Shown here: positions 28,426 through 41,710 of the stretch, piece by piece | How positions within the stretch are numbered: position 1 is the stretch's first letter | Layout of the letters: every line of letters begins with the position of its first letter | NCBI RefSeq assembly: GCF_009914755.1 | Contig: NC_060929.1 | Length of the DNA: 64,000 bases | Direction: 5' to 3' (one strand) | From: the human T2T-CHM13v2.0 reference genome, Homo sapiens | Notes under the pieces: generated by a model | Database searches by the model: none | Told to the model about the DNA's origin: nothing | The model's input: the letters and a program-made list of their open reading frames with translations, nothing else | Program-made: the position numbers and the translations under genes

Positions 28426-29639
28426 TATTAGCATAGTTTAAATTCATGCATATTTTGTTTTAAATATGTTTAGACATATTTTCATATGTTTAGAGGCCAT
28501 TTATATTTGATTTTTCTATTTGTTGGGTTCTTTGTATTTCTTTTAATTTCAACTACTTTGTATATATTATGCAGACATCAATAGCTTATTCTCAACTCAG
28601 TTGGTGTGTTCTATATTGAGACAGTTTCCTATCTACAGTATTAAGTTTAAGAACCACTGGATTAGGGGAAGTATACATTTATTTCTGTGTGTATAGAAAT
28701 ATGAGTTTAATGAACATACAAATATTACCACCATTTATGTTGATTTTATCATCCTGGGACTACAAAAAGGGTTAAATTTCCTTTTTATCTCCTATTATGC
28801 CATAATCCTTCACTCTTCTCAGTGCTGAAAACTGATTTTCCTCCCAGTACTACATATTAATTGGCAAGCACTAACTCCCATGTGATATAGAACTAGGTAG
28901 TTACCTTACAAAAGGTAGATAGACCAAATGGTCCTGGTAGAGAAAGGCAAGTTCTGCCAAGGCCATTTTAATTTTTATTCTAGAAGGTAGACATTGATCC
29001 CAATCTCAGAAATGACATTACTTCAATTTTCTAAAAACATATTTAGATTTTACAAAGGGGAGCCTGATGCACACAAAACCACAAACATGCACACACATTC
29101 ACACCTGATAGCCAGAAATTGTATACACAGTTTATCAATGTATGTATATATGCTATCTTCCTTACATTTATGTATCCATTATGTTAAAAGAGTAGAATTT
29201 AACACAGAGTCAGCAGTGTAGAAATAAAAAAGCACCTACTTTTTCATTGCACTTTCCTTTAAAGTCATTGGGGTTACATTTTGCTGCCCTTGACAGCAGG
29301 GAAAGTTTTATAATTTTAGAAAGTATCTTAGAAAGTTTCATAATTTTAGTTATTCTTAGAAAATTCTGTGGACTCTTTCCCAAGAGGAGTCTCATTTCAT
29401 AATTAAGATTATTATCAAGTTTAAGCATCACAATTTCAAATAATAATGAAAAGTAAACTTTCCCCCTTCCTCAGCAGGGAAATCAGAGTGGGAAGCTGCA
29501 GTGGGGAGGTGGTGGCAGAGGGAGGGATGGGGAAGTTGGGTCGGCTTCTTCTTTCCCACCCGGAGCCACCTCTGGTTTTCCGAGTTGGAAAAGTGAAAGG
29601 GAGCGGAGTAAGGATACCAAAGGTGAAGACGGAAACGTC

Positions 29640-30063
<424 letters not shown>

Positions 30064-31434
30064 TGACCCTGAAATAGCTGATTAATAATTCAGGGGAAAA
30101 ATAAACATTATGTCACAATGTACTGCAAAATAATATCATAGATTTAGAAAGAAATTCTAGCAAACCAAAAAAAAAATTAAAAAGCATACTTAAAAAGACT
30201 ATGTAAACATTTACCTTACTGAAGCATGGGAAAGGTCATTCTCTGCATAGAGGCATGAAAAAACAGGTCATTAAATTATGCTTCACAAAAATTAAGATAT
30301 TCTGCATATCAAAAATGCCACATAAGGGATAGACAATGTGAGAAAAAAATTACAAATAAATTAATAGATAGGAATAGTTAGATATCCTTCTTAAAATAAT
30401 TCTTGAAAATCGTAATCTCAATTGAAAAATTGCATATTCAATAATGTTTGGAAAATGTTTAATGGTACAGAAAAATTTATCAGTTAAGATTGCACAGGCA
30501 ATCAGTTGACAAAAACATGCTATGAAATGTCCATCAAGGTTCTGTGTGATGGAATTATGGACATTTTTTAATGTTTTTATATTTTTTCGGAATTTTCTTT
30601 TATATACAGAAGAAGTGTTTCATTTCTAAAAATACAAAACTCTAAAATAAAGTAAGCACAATTACTGATATTCATTAAATCCATTTCAGGGGAATGGTGT
30701 GGGGAGATATTTGAATAACATATATGTTCTTCCTCTTAGATTATTTTTAGAAATAATCATGCTTGTTCTATTGAAAATATAATGGGAATTATTCATTTCA
30801 AAAAGACTGTGCTTGCAAAGCTTGTTTGCATTTCTAAAGCTGTGTATCCTATTATAGTTTTGTAAGGTTACAAAAATGTCACAAATGGGAAAAATAACAC
30901 AGTAGGTTAAGTGTTGCCCTAAACTTCATCACTGTATATCTTTCAGTAAATCATTTTACCTTTCTACCTTTTAGTTTGTTTATTAGACACCTGAGCTCTG
31001 AGCTTTTGCTTAAGTAATGTTTCGGCATGTCAGGGAGAATCTTGATATGGGCAGCTAGGAGTGAATTTGCCTGGAGGGCAGGGAACCATTGAGGCCATAA
31101 CTTATTCCAATATTAGCAGGAAGTCAAGTAGGGTAGTGATGCTTATTAACCAAGTTTTAATCATGGGCACGGAGGAGTAAGGCTAAGTATACATGATTTC
31201 TTTTTTGAATTTGTTTCTATTCATTCCCATAGTCTTGTGACTTAAGAAAGTAACAACACACAAATAAAAACCACAAAATACAGGTTTTCTAAAAATTCTG
31301 TAAGGTAATATAACATGAGCTCCCGTAGTAAGAAATCCAATTGTTTCTCACAGCATCAGTGGCTTCCAAGTAGCTGCACAAAGTCAGGATAAGTGATGAT
31401 GCCTGAGAGCTATGATGCTCACAAAAACCAATTC

Positions 31435-31765
<331 letters not shown>

Positions 31766-33282
31766 TCAGAGAAACTTTAGAGAGGAAGGACTTTTGCAGA
31801 AAGTTATTAAAAACACTCCAGCAGTTGTGGGGAAACAGCAAGGATCACATGAATGCTAATTTTACTTGAGTCACGAAGATACCGTATGCGGAAGACTTTT
31901 AGGAAATATGGATATTAAATGAGTGTACAAAATGTGTGAGTGTACAAAATATGAATTTGGTCAGTTCAGACACAATGTGATCAATTGAAAAAGAATAAGA
32001 AAACAAAGCTCATTCCTTGGATTGGGTGTTCACTTACTGATCTCTCTTGCAGGGGCTACAAACTTTTACTGTTAGTGCTCTGTGAGGCAGCATCTAGATA
32101 AGTAGAGCAATTGTAAAAAGATTTTTTAAAAACAAAAAGAATTTGAAAAGGGAAAATAAGGTCAAATTCAAATTGTAAACATTACTTCAAGATATCTCCA
32201 TATGTATAAACAAACAAACACATATAATTGATGTAAATTGGGTTATATTATGCATATGATTTGGCAACTTCACATTTTTTACTCAGTGTTATTCATTGGT
32301 AGCTTCCTAGAAGATACATATCATTCTATTTAGAGGCTATATAGTATTTCAATGTATGGACAGATCATACTTACTTAACTAGTCATGTATTAATGGAGAT
32401 TTATGCATTCAACAACTCTTCATATAGAATACATACTATGTAGTTAGCAACCATGCTGGACATTGTGGTACTATGATGAGCAAGGGAGAGATGATTTCTG
32501 CTTTAAAAAGCATATAGCTTGGTGCAGGGCTTCAAAATAAACATTCAGAGGCAAAAAAAAAAAACAAAAAACTGAGAGATACTGATCTCTTCTGCCCTTG
32601 TGGCAACTGGATAGGGCCTGAGAGCCGGGGAGCATGTGATTCAGTTGCCACTGGCCCTGAGCAGCCCTGTGTAGTCCTCCCTGAAGCAAAGAAGCAATTA
32701 ACAATGCAGCTTGTGGCTCTAGTAGGCTGTGAACAAAATGGTTGCACCATTCCATTACACAGAGGGAAACGGTGAAGGAGCTGCTCCCCTCCCTGCTCTG
32801 ATCCATTCTGCAAGTCAGAACAACCAAATAGACAATGCATGATCCATTCTGCAAATTAGAACATCCTGAACATTTAAGAATGCTTGATATAAAAACAGTT
32901 TAGTTGAATTAAAAATATACATGAGCATAATCAAATTTCAAGGTTTGAATTTGTTGAGGGAAGAAAAAGAAAACCTATTAAATTCCTTAAGTATAATTTC
33001 AACTATTTTGTATACTGATAAAAGGTGATATAAAGATCACCTTTACTGAAACAAATTCAAATTTCTCATTTAAAAAATATTGGAAAATATTTTATTTGCT
33101 CCAAAATTTAGTATCTTCCCTGCTTTGAATTCTACTTATTATAAATATATGGTATAAAAATAATAATGGTTTCACTCAAACTCCATTAGGAAGCAGCTAA
33201 ATACCCTAGTAGCAGACTGTGCCATAGAAATATTAGCAACTTCTTCATCTGCGCTATCAAATGACAGGGTGGGAAGCACTGG

Positions 33283-33592
33283 TCTGCTTCTTAAACTACC
33301 TGTAATGAAGGATATACATATTACAAATCATATATATATATAATATATATAGATTATATATGTATATTACATAAAATATCAATGAAAATATATGACTAAA
33401 AATAAAAAGAAAAATGACATAAATACAAGCCCCCTTTCTAATATTAAGGTCCATATATAAAATTTCCTTGTCAAATTGTTATAAAAGTTTAATGCTTACT
33501 CTCATATTTTTACCTTATCATGTCATGAACCTGCTAAGAAACCAGTCTGCAGACCAGAAATAGAAAATGGACCAAACTTTGAGTAACTCTGC
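33283..33592. mobile_element. Probable hAT-Charlie MITE
   Basis: Ends with GGACCAAACTTTGAGTAACTCTG, a MER5-type terminus. Family uncertain. Confidence 0.5.
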
Positions 33593-33869
33593 TTTGTTAC
33601 TGTCAGATTCAAATTTTGAGCTATTAGAAGCAATACTACAATTCATTCTGTTAGGCATACAACTTAATAAAGTTTTCTGATTAATTCTTTGCAATAAACT
33701 CTTAGAAATGGAACAATAGAGTCTTCTTTTGTCCTTCAATTATAAATATATATAAATCAACTTGTTTTGCTGACAGCATGATATGTTTTGTTACTGTACA
33801 TGTGGCTGTGGTCTTTACTTTTCCTGTTGTTAGTTTTATATATCAGCAGAGTATGCCTGTTTTAATATT

Positions 33870-35530
33870 AAAAGTAGTGTATACTAGAATAGCTAAAATG
33901 ATTTTGAAAAGGAATAAAGTGAGAGGAATTAATCTTCCCAATATTAAGGCTACATTAATCATGACCGTGTAGAACTGGTGGAAGGATAGAAACACAGATC
34001 AGTGGAACAGAACAGAGAAGTCAGAAATATCCACACATGTATACACAAGTAATTTTTGATAAGGAAGCAAAAATAATTCAATGAAGAAGGAATAGCCTTT
34101 TCAATAAATAGTGCTGAAGCAATTAAACATCCATAAGCAAAAAAAAAAAAAAAGAACCTCGACATAAGCTTTATACCCTATACAAAAATGATCTCAAGAT
34201 GGATCCTCAACTTATATATAAAACATAAAGCTATAAAACTTCTAGGTAAAAATTGAAAGAAAATATTTAAGATCTAGGATTAGGCAAAGAGTTGTTAGGC
34301 TTAACACCAAAAGCGTGACCCATAAAAGGAAACAAACGATAATCATTTGGACTTCATAGAAATTTAAAAATGTGTGCTCTGAATTACCCTGTTAATAGGG
34401 AAAAAGAAAAATTACAGATTTGGAGAATATATTTGAAAATTACACGTACAAAAATGATTGTTATTTAGAATATATAAATGATTCTCAAAACTCAAAATTT
34501 AAAAAGCAAGCAGTCCAAATAAAAATGGGCAAAAGACACTTGACTGCACAGAGTATATGGATTTCAAAAAAACACATGAAAATATGTTTAACATCTGAGT
34601 TTGAATCTGAGGGTTTAGGAGAACGGGTTAGCAACAGTGCTCAAAGAAGCAGCTATGAAAAATGTTATCATCACCATCATGATCATCATCATCATCATCA
34701 TTAGCAGTTAGAGAAGTGCAAAGTAAAACCAAAATGAGATATCACTGCACATCGGAGTAGCTAAAAAAAAATTGTGAAAACCCTAAATGCTAAGGAGGGT
34801 GCAAAGACACTGGATCATTCATACATTGTGTTTAGGAATGTAAAATGGTACAGCAACTCTGAAAAAATAGTTGGCAGTTACTTTCAATACTAAAAATAGA
34901 CTGACAGAGCAATTGCACTGTTAGACATATATCACAGAGAAATTTTAAAAATTCATGCAGAAAATTCCTCCATGATTGCTTATGGCAGGTTTTTAAAAAA
35001 TGCTAATAGACCAGAACTGGAAACATCCCAGATGTCCTTCAGTGAATGGTGCACACATGTCATGAAACACTACTCAGTAATAAAAAAGAAAGAGCCTATT
35101 GATACACACAACAGCTAAGATGAAGCTCATGGATGTTATGTTGAGCCAAAAAAGCAATCTCAAAAGAATACATACTTTGGATTAATTCATGATTCCATTT
35201 ATGTAACATTTGTGAAATAATTATAGGTACGGTGAACAGCTTAGTGGTTCCTAAAGGTTAGACATGTGGCTATAAAGGGGTAGGACGAAGAAGTCTTGTG
35301 GTAATGGTGCAGTAAAGTGTCTTGATTGTTGTGATGGTTATGCACACAGAGAACTACACACACACACACACACACACATGCATAGTGCATGTATAACTGG
35401 TGAAATCAGAATAAGCACTATGAGCTGTAACAATGACAGTTTCCTGGTTTTGATGCTGTACTATAGTTACACAAGATGTTAATAATGGGAGAGGCATTAA
35501 AATGTTAGATAGATCTATATCTGTATATAT
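33870..35530 (+). mobile_element. L1M (L1MC/MD-like) 3' ORF2 and 3'UTR
   Basis: GATCAGTGGAACAGAACAGAG, AAAATGGGCAAAAGAC and GGAATGTAAAATGGTACAGC. Contains a foreign insert at 34596-34699 and (CA)n at 35356-35378. Confidence 0.85.
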
Positions 35531-37027
35531 ATGTGACATCATAAATTTTATAATTTAATATTTACTTTTCTAATAAATCACTTGGATATTAAAAAAGGAA
35601 GTCACAAAATAATGTGAGAAGTTTGGGAAAATTCTCAAAACAGAAAACAGAAAGCAAGACATTTACCAGTATAAATCATATGTATATTGATCTCTCAGTT
35701 ATATATCCTTAGTTTTTGATGAAGAAAAAATGAGGAAAATAAACAAAAGCCTAGTAGCAGAAATGCCAGGCAGGCTGGTGACTCAGTACTTGGTTGATTA
35801 AGGCACTCAGCATTCCTGAGAGTACTGTTCGAATTCATGACTTATACAGATGATTTCAAAAGCCTTATTAGGTAATGCAAAGGGACTTTCTACAAACAGT
35901 TTATTTTTATCCAAAGAATTTTCTAGAATAATTCTGAAAAAGGATAGTGCAAGATTAAAGGAATGGGCATCAAGTTAAATAGATTGTTTTTGAAATGATA
36001 CCTGGGGATATTCATACTTTACTCACTAAGACTTAAAAGAATTCCCACTTCCCATCAGCGATAGCACCATTGCTATGATGGAATGACCAGCCACTCGAAT
36101 AGTTCCCTTATGGTGTTCTTTCCCCTGCATCGAATGTAAAGCCTGGGGCTTTCCATCCCTGGTGTATGCTGGGTCCAAAGGAAAAAGAAATCCAGAGGTG
36201 CCTTGAGAGGGAAAAAAAAAGCAATTGAAGGGAAGAGAAAGAAGATGGTTCAAGTGAGAAACAAGGAAACCTTGTGTCCTCTTACAAGCTTGTTAGAGAA
36301 TGGCAAGTATCCAGAACGCAACTAATGGCTGTAATTCCCTGCCCTGCCTGTTCTCAAAGGCTGAAGACAGAAAAAGCATTCCGGGAATAGGAAGCAGACA
36401 CCTCCATAAGAAAATCTATGTGGAAGAGCTTCTTTTTAGCCATCTCAAGTGAGGCAACTCACCCTTAAGAGCAGCCATAGGGTGGCACATGTAGTGTGTA
36501 GGGAAGGGATAGTGGATCCGAACTCTGTCTGTATTCTCCCTTGACTCTTGCATTAAATCTAATATTTGGATTTTTGCTGATGAACCTATGTGATGACATA
36601 ATAGACATTTAGAGCCATAACTTTTACTAAATATAGATTTGTCATAATTTTAAACAGTAATTCTTCAGAGGCCACATAAAAATTTTACTTGGACAAAAGC
36701 ACATGTAGGCCATTAGAAAATCCAGTGAGCAATACATTTCCAGTATCAATTACTTTTGAGAGGATTATGGAGGTAGCTGTCCAGTCAATCCTCCTTAACC
36801 AATAAATAATAAAAGACAACTCATTTTCTTTATGATCAAACACTTAGAACACTTCATTTTCATGCTTCTGCCAAAAGAGATGAAATTCTGAAGTGTGACT
36901 AGGTAGTGAAGCCAGTTGAGACAGCCTGTTAAGAGTAAGAAAAAAATAGAGAGAGAGAAAGAAAGAAAAAGAAAAGAAAGAAAACACTAGCTACCAATAT
37001 TTACAGGAATATTATTCTCTTATTCTT

Positions 37028-37318
<291 letters not shown>

Positions 37319-37389
37319 TATCTCTTATTCTTAATTATTTTTTGAAAAAAATAATAAACACTGGAATTCATCCTCCTGGTGAGGGCTAG

Positions 37390-37530
37390 TGAAACCCTAG
37401 CTTCACTACTTGCTGACTGTGTGAGCTTGAGTGAGTTACTTAACCTCTCAGGTGTTCATCTAGAATAATGATAATAAAACAACTTGCCTTATACTGTTGT
37501 GAAGATTAAATGAACTAATACATGTTCTTA
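37390..37530 (+). mobile_element. MIR
   Basis: CTGTGTGAGCTTGAGTGAGTTACTTAACCTCTC...GTTGTGAAGATTAAATGA. Confidence 0.75.
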
Positions 37531-37564
37531 CTTTTATAATAATAAAGGTGTTAGAAACAGTGAC

Positions 37565-37970
37565 TGCTATGGACTGAATTATGTCCCTCCAAAATTCATA
37601 TGTTGAAATTTTAACTCTCAGTTCTTCAGAATCTGGCCATTTTTTTTTTTAGCAGTTTCTTCAAAGAGGTAATTAAGGTTAAGTCAGGCCATTGGGTTGG
37701 GTCTAATTCAATGTGACTGGTGTCCTTAATAAGAAGCAAAGATTAGGACACAGCCACACACAGAGGAAAGTCCATGTAAAGGTACAGGAGAAAGACAGCC
37801 CTCTAACAAGGCAATGAGAGAGACCTCAGAAGAAACGAACCCTGCCAACACTGTGACTTTGAATTTCTAGCCTCCAGAACTATGAGAAAATAAATTTCTG
37901 TCTTTTAAGCCACCCAATAAGTAGCACCCATCTGTGGCACTTATTGTAACAGCCCTAGAAAACTAATACA
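37565..37970 (+). mobile_element. MLT1B/C-like MaLR solo LTR
   Basis: TGCTATGGACTGAAT...AACTAATACA. TSD G(T/G)GAC. Confidence 0.85.
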
Positions 37971-38664
37971 GGGACAATAAAACAGTTTTCTAGACAACTG
38001 GACTTTAAAGATTGTTGTCGTATCTATAGAAATTTACTAATCCTCTCAAATATCCTATTTGATAGTTTGTGGTATTGTAGAATATAATTAAAATTGGCAT
38101 CTACAGTTTCTGTTTGCTGAAGAGTTCACATTTTATCTGCCTTTCTGCCCTTTTGTGATAAGATTTATTCTTGTAGTCACATTTTGTTTTTCAAACAACA
38201 TGTTTAAAATGTTTCTCTGACACTGAAAAATACACCCTGCCTGAAACTGCTAGCTATACTCACTGTGGAATCTATGGGTCAACGAAAGATAGGGTTTACC
38301 AGCTATGGACAAAGAAGGAGCTATGAAAAATATCATCATCACCAACATCATCATCAATAGACAGATGTTGCACCCATTGAATATATTCTTGTTTGTAAGG
38401 GACATTTAAAATTTATTAATAAGGAAAAATTATGGCATTGATAAAGAAAACAACAAATAAATGAATATCTATAAACATATGTCATCAATGAAAGAAATAT
38501 GTATAATATTATACAACATTTTATTATTAAATATTAATATGCAATCAAATATAAATGTAATATTTAATTAAAGACAATTCAATCAGATCTATAAGGTTGA
38601 GAAATTCATTATGTCTTTAAGTGATTTCCCTACTTAGTGGTCAAATAAAAATTTATTAAATTTT

Positions 38665-38804
38665 ATTGTTTTATTTTTTGTTTTTATAGAGATGGAGTCT
38701 CACTATGTTGCCTAGGCTGGTCTCAAACTTCGGGCCTTAAGCTATCCTCCTGTCTCTGCCTCCCAAAGTGCTGGGATTCCAGGTGCAAGCCACCATGTGC
38801 AGGC
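38665..38804 (-). mobile_element. Alu monomer (FLAM-like)
   Basis: Single left arm with T-rich tail. Flanks TTTATT(A/T)AATTTTA. Confidence 0.85.
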
Positions 38805-39215
38805 TTTATTTAATTTTAAAAAGACTTCAGACTCAATATATTTGCCTGATGAAATTATAAGTACTGTCTAAATGAAAATATAGTACGTAAGCCTCAACAT
38901 ATGTACCAGGTAGATTGTATCCTATTTAAATCTTATATAGAAAGCAAAACAATAAAAATATTTCCCCTTTGATGTAGTTGAGCTCATACTAACTAGCATT
39001 CTTGAATACTTTCAACTTGAAAATATTAAAATTATACTCATGTAAGAAGCAAGACCAGTTTTGAGTTTAAACACCTAATAACTCATTTTAAGAATGAGCA
39101 CTTAAGTATATATCCATTTTAAATATTTCTAAAAGCCTTATAAACATTTATTCATATGTACATGTATCTCTAATTGATAAGAATGATTATAAGTAAACTC
39201 TGGATATATTGTAAC

Positions 39216-39686
39216 AAATGTAGTTTGAATGTGTGTCCGCACCCAAATCTTGTGTTGAGATGGAATCCCCAATGTTGGAGGTGGGGCCTGATGGGGAGTG
39301 ATTGGATCACGAGGGCAGATTTCTCATGAATGGTTAAGTACCATCCTCTTGGTACTGTCCTCATGATACTGAGTGAGTTCTTGTGATATCTGGTCATTTA
39401 CAAGTGTGTGGCACCCTCCCCTGCCCCTGGCCTCACCAACACACGCACACACACGCACACCCTCTTCTTTCTTGCTCCTGCTCTGACCATTTGCCTGCCC
39501 CCTCTTTGTCTTCCACCATGATTGTAAGTTTCCTGAAGCCTCCCCAGAAGCTGAGCAGATGCCAGCATCATGCTTCCCATATAGCCTGCAGAACTATAAA
39601 CCAAATAAAGGTCTTTTCTTTATAAATTACCCAGTCTCGAGTAATTATATATTTTCTTTATAAAAATGCAAGAATGGACTAATATA
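39216..39686 (+). mobile_element. MSTA/B-like MaLR solo LTR
   Basis: CCCAAATCTTGTGTTG...GGACTAATATA. TSD GTAAC. Confidence 0.85.
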
Positions 39687-40111
39687 GTAACCAACGGATA
39701 TCACTGTTGCTTCATAACATAATCAAACTACTGTTTTGACTATTATAAAGACAAGAATATATACAGTGCACATACCATTCCAATAGTGATGTAGTTAATC
39801 AACACTAGTAATATTTAAAGACATTATCAATACCATAAATTACAAATGTGAACTGAGCTTTCTCCATGTAACAAGTGCATTACTGATTGCTACAAAGTTC
39901 ACAATTAAGTAGAATACATATTCTCTATTATCAGGAATCTCATAATCTTGTCAGAAGATATCATGAAACTGTAATAAAAAAATAAATATTATCCGGCAAG
40001 GACACTGAAGTCCTGATGAGACTTCTAACTGTAACAGAACAGAGTCAGTAAGTCTTCTCCTCAAACATCACAAAAAAAGTATAAAATTGGACAAAATTGT
40101 TGAACAACCAT

Positions 40112-40160
40112 TTAGCTATTTGTGCCTAGTGTTTCATTATTGGAGTGCTAAGCATGTGGG
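40112..40160. mobile_element. MER85 (piggyBac MITE) terminal fragment
   Basis: ATTTGTGCCTAGTGTTTCATTATTGGAGTGCTAAGCATGTGGG resembles the recalled MER85 end ATTTATGCCTAGTGTTCCATTATTGGAACGCTAAGCATGTGGG. Confidence 0.65.
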
Positions 40161-41042
40161 TTGTGGATATTAATCAAAGGCAGACACATTGAGAAGTGTT
40201 TACTCATGCAAAACTGCTACAGCTTCATGTAAGGACAGTGAAAGTTGGACCTTCTTGCCCAAGGGTGCTCCCACAGCCCACCCCATCTCAGGTGGAGAGA
40301 GCTGTTCCTTTTTACTCACATAAACCTGTCCTTGAAAACCAGCAGCTTGGCTACCAAAAGGAGCAAAGATGACCTGGTGAATGGCGTGAAAAGCTGTGGG
40401 TGTTTTTTTTTGTTTGTTTGTTTGTTTGTTTTTTGTTATTTGTCTGTTTTTTCCACTAAGAGTGGCAAACTTTGTAGAAAACAAATGAGGTAAATCTGCA
40501 GCTTTTCTAGCCTGCAGTTACAATCCCAGTTCCCTGAGAAAGACTACATAGCAATTTAGCAAGGAGATCATGGAAATGAGAGAGACATGGAAAGTCCAAA
40601 TAAGCTCTCCAGGCATCACTGAGTGACTGGGAATTTGCATACAATTGCAGGAAAGACCCAAGGCAGCACAGTGGAATGCTAAAGCCAGGGAAACTTGAGA
40701 ACTGAATGAATATTAAATGTGCTCCTTAACTCCCACAAGGATCTATCAGCAGAGGGTGGAGGCCTTATACACAAGAGGCATTTCAGTAAAACCTCTGCTT
40801 ACATCATTGGCTGACCTCTAAGCTCTGTGGACATAGAAGTGAAATTTTAAAAACTGAGCAAAGACAGCAACTACCTGCTTCTGAAAAGAAAGATTCCACA
40901 GTTTAAATCTAACCAAACAACAAATAAACAAAGTGGAAAAACACCCCACAATAAAGTAAAATAAAACAAAATCCCAATCCTTCAAAATAATATCTAAAAT
41001 GTTCTGTTTTTAAATGAAAAATAAAATTATAAGAAATACCAA

Positions 41043-41131
41043 GCAGAGGTTGCTGTGAGCCGAGGTAGCGCCACTGCCCTCCAGCCTGGGCGTCTCAAAC
41101 AAAAAGAAAAAAAAAAAAAACAAAAAAAAAC
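41043..41131 (+). mobile_element. Severely 5'-truncated Alu
   Basis: 3' end of right arm plus tail. TSD AGAAAT(A/C)CCAAG. Confidence 0.88.
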
Positions 41132-41459
41132 AGAAATCCCAAGAAGCCGAAAAGTGTTACTTCTATTCAGGAAAAAAATGCAATGATTAGAAACTGACTC
41201 AAAGTGGACCCAGATACTGGATTTATCAGACAAAGCTTCAATAAGTTATTTAAAGTATATACAAAGAAGGAAACTATGTTTAAGGAATGAAAGGAAAATA
41301 TGTCAATGACTTTACAAATTGGGTATCTTAACTGAGAATATAAACTATAAAACACGAAAAATTCTTGAAAATTATAATAACTGAAATTCAAAATGCAGTA
41401 GATGGGCTCAAGAGTAGATCTGAAAAGACAAAGGAATCCTATAAAAATTGTCCAATGTG

Positions 41460-41710
41460 CAGATCATGAGGTCAAGAGATTGAGACCATCCTGGCCAACA
41501 TGGTGAAACCCCATCTCTACTAAAAATACAAAAATTAGCTGGGCACGGCAGTGCATGCCTATAATCCTAGCTCCTCAGGAGGCTGAGGCAGGAGAATCGC
41601 TTGAACCTGGGAGACGGAGGTTGAAGTGAGGCGAGATCGTGGTGCCACTGCACTCCAGCCTGGCAACAGAGCTAGAGTCTGTCTCAAAAAAAAAAAAAAA
41701 AAAGAAAAGA
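41460..41710 (+). mobile_element. 5'-truncated AluSc-like
   Basis: TSD AAAAATTGTCCAA(T/C)GTG. Confidence 0.92.

Noticed and set aside
31919-31953. Short tandem TGAGTGTACAAAAT duplication
   Set aside because: Ordinary slippage with no evident function.
34420-34704. ORF ending in poly-His
   Set aside because: It is the translation of the (CAT)n end of the insert within a decayed L1.
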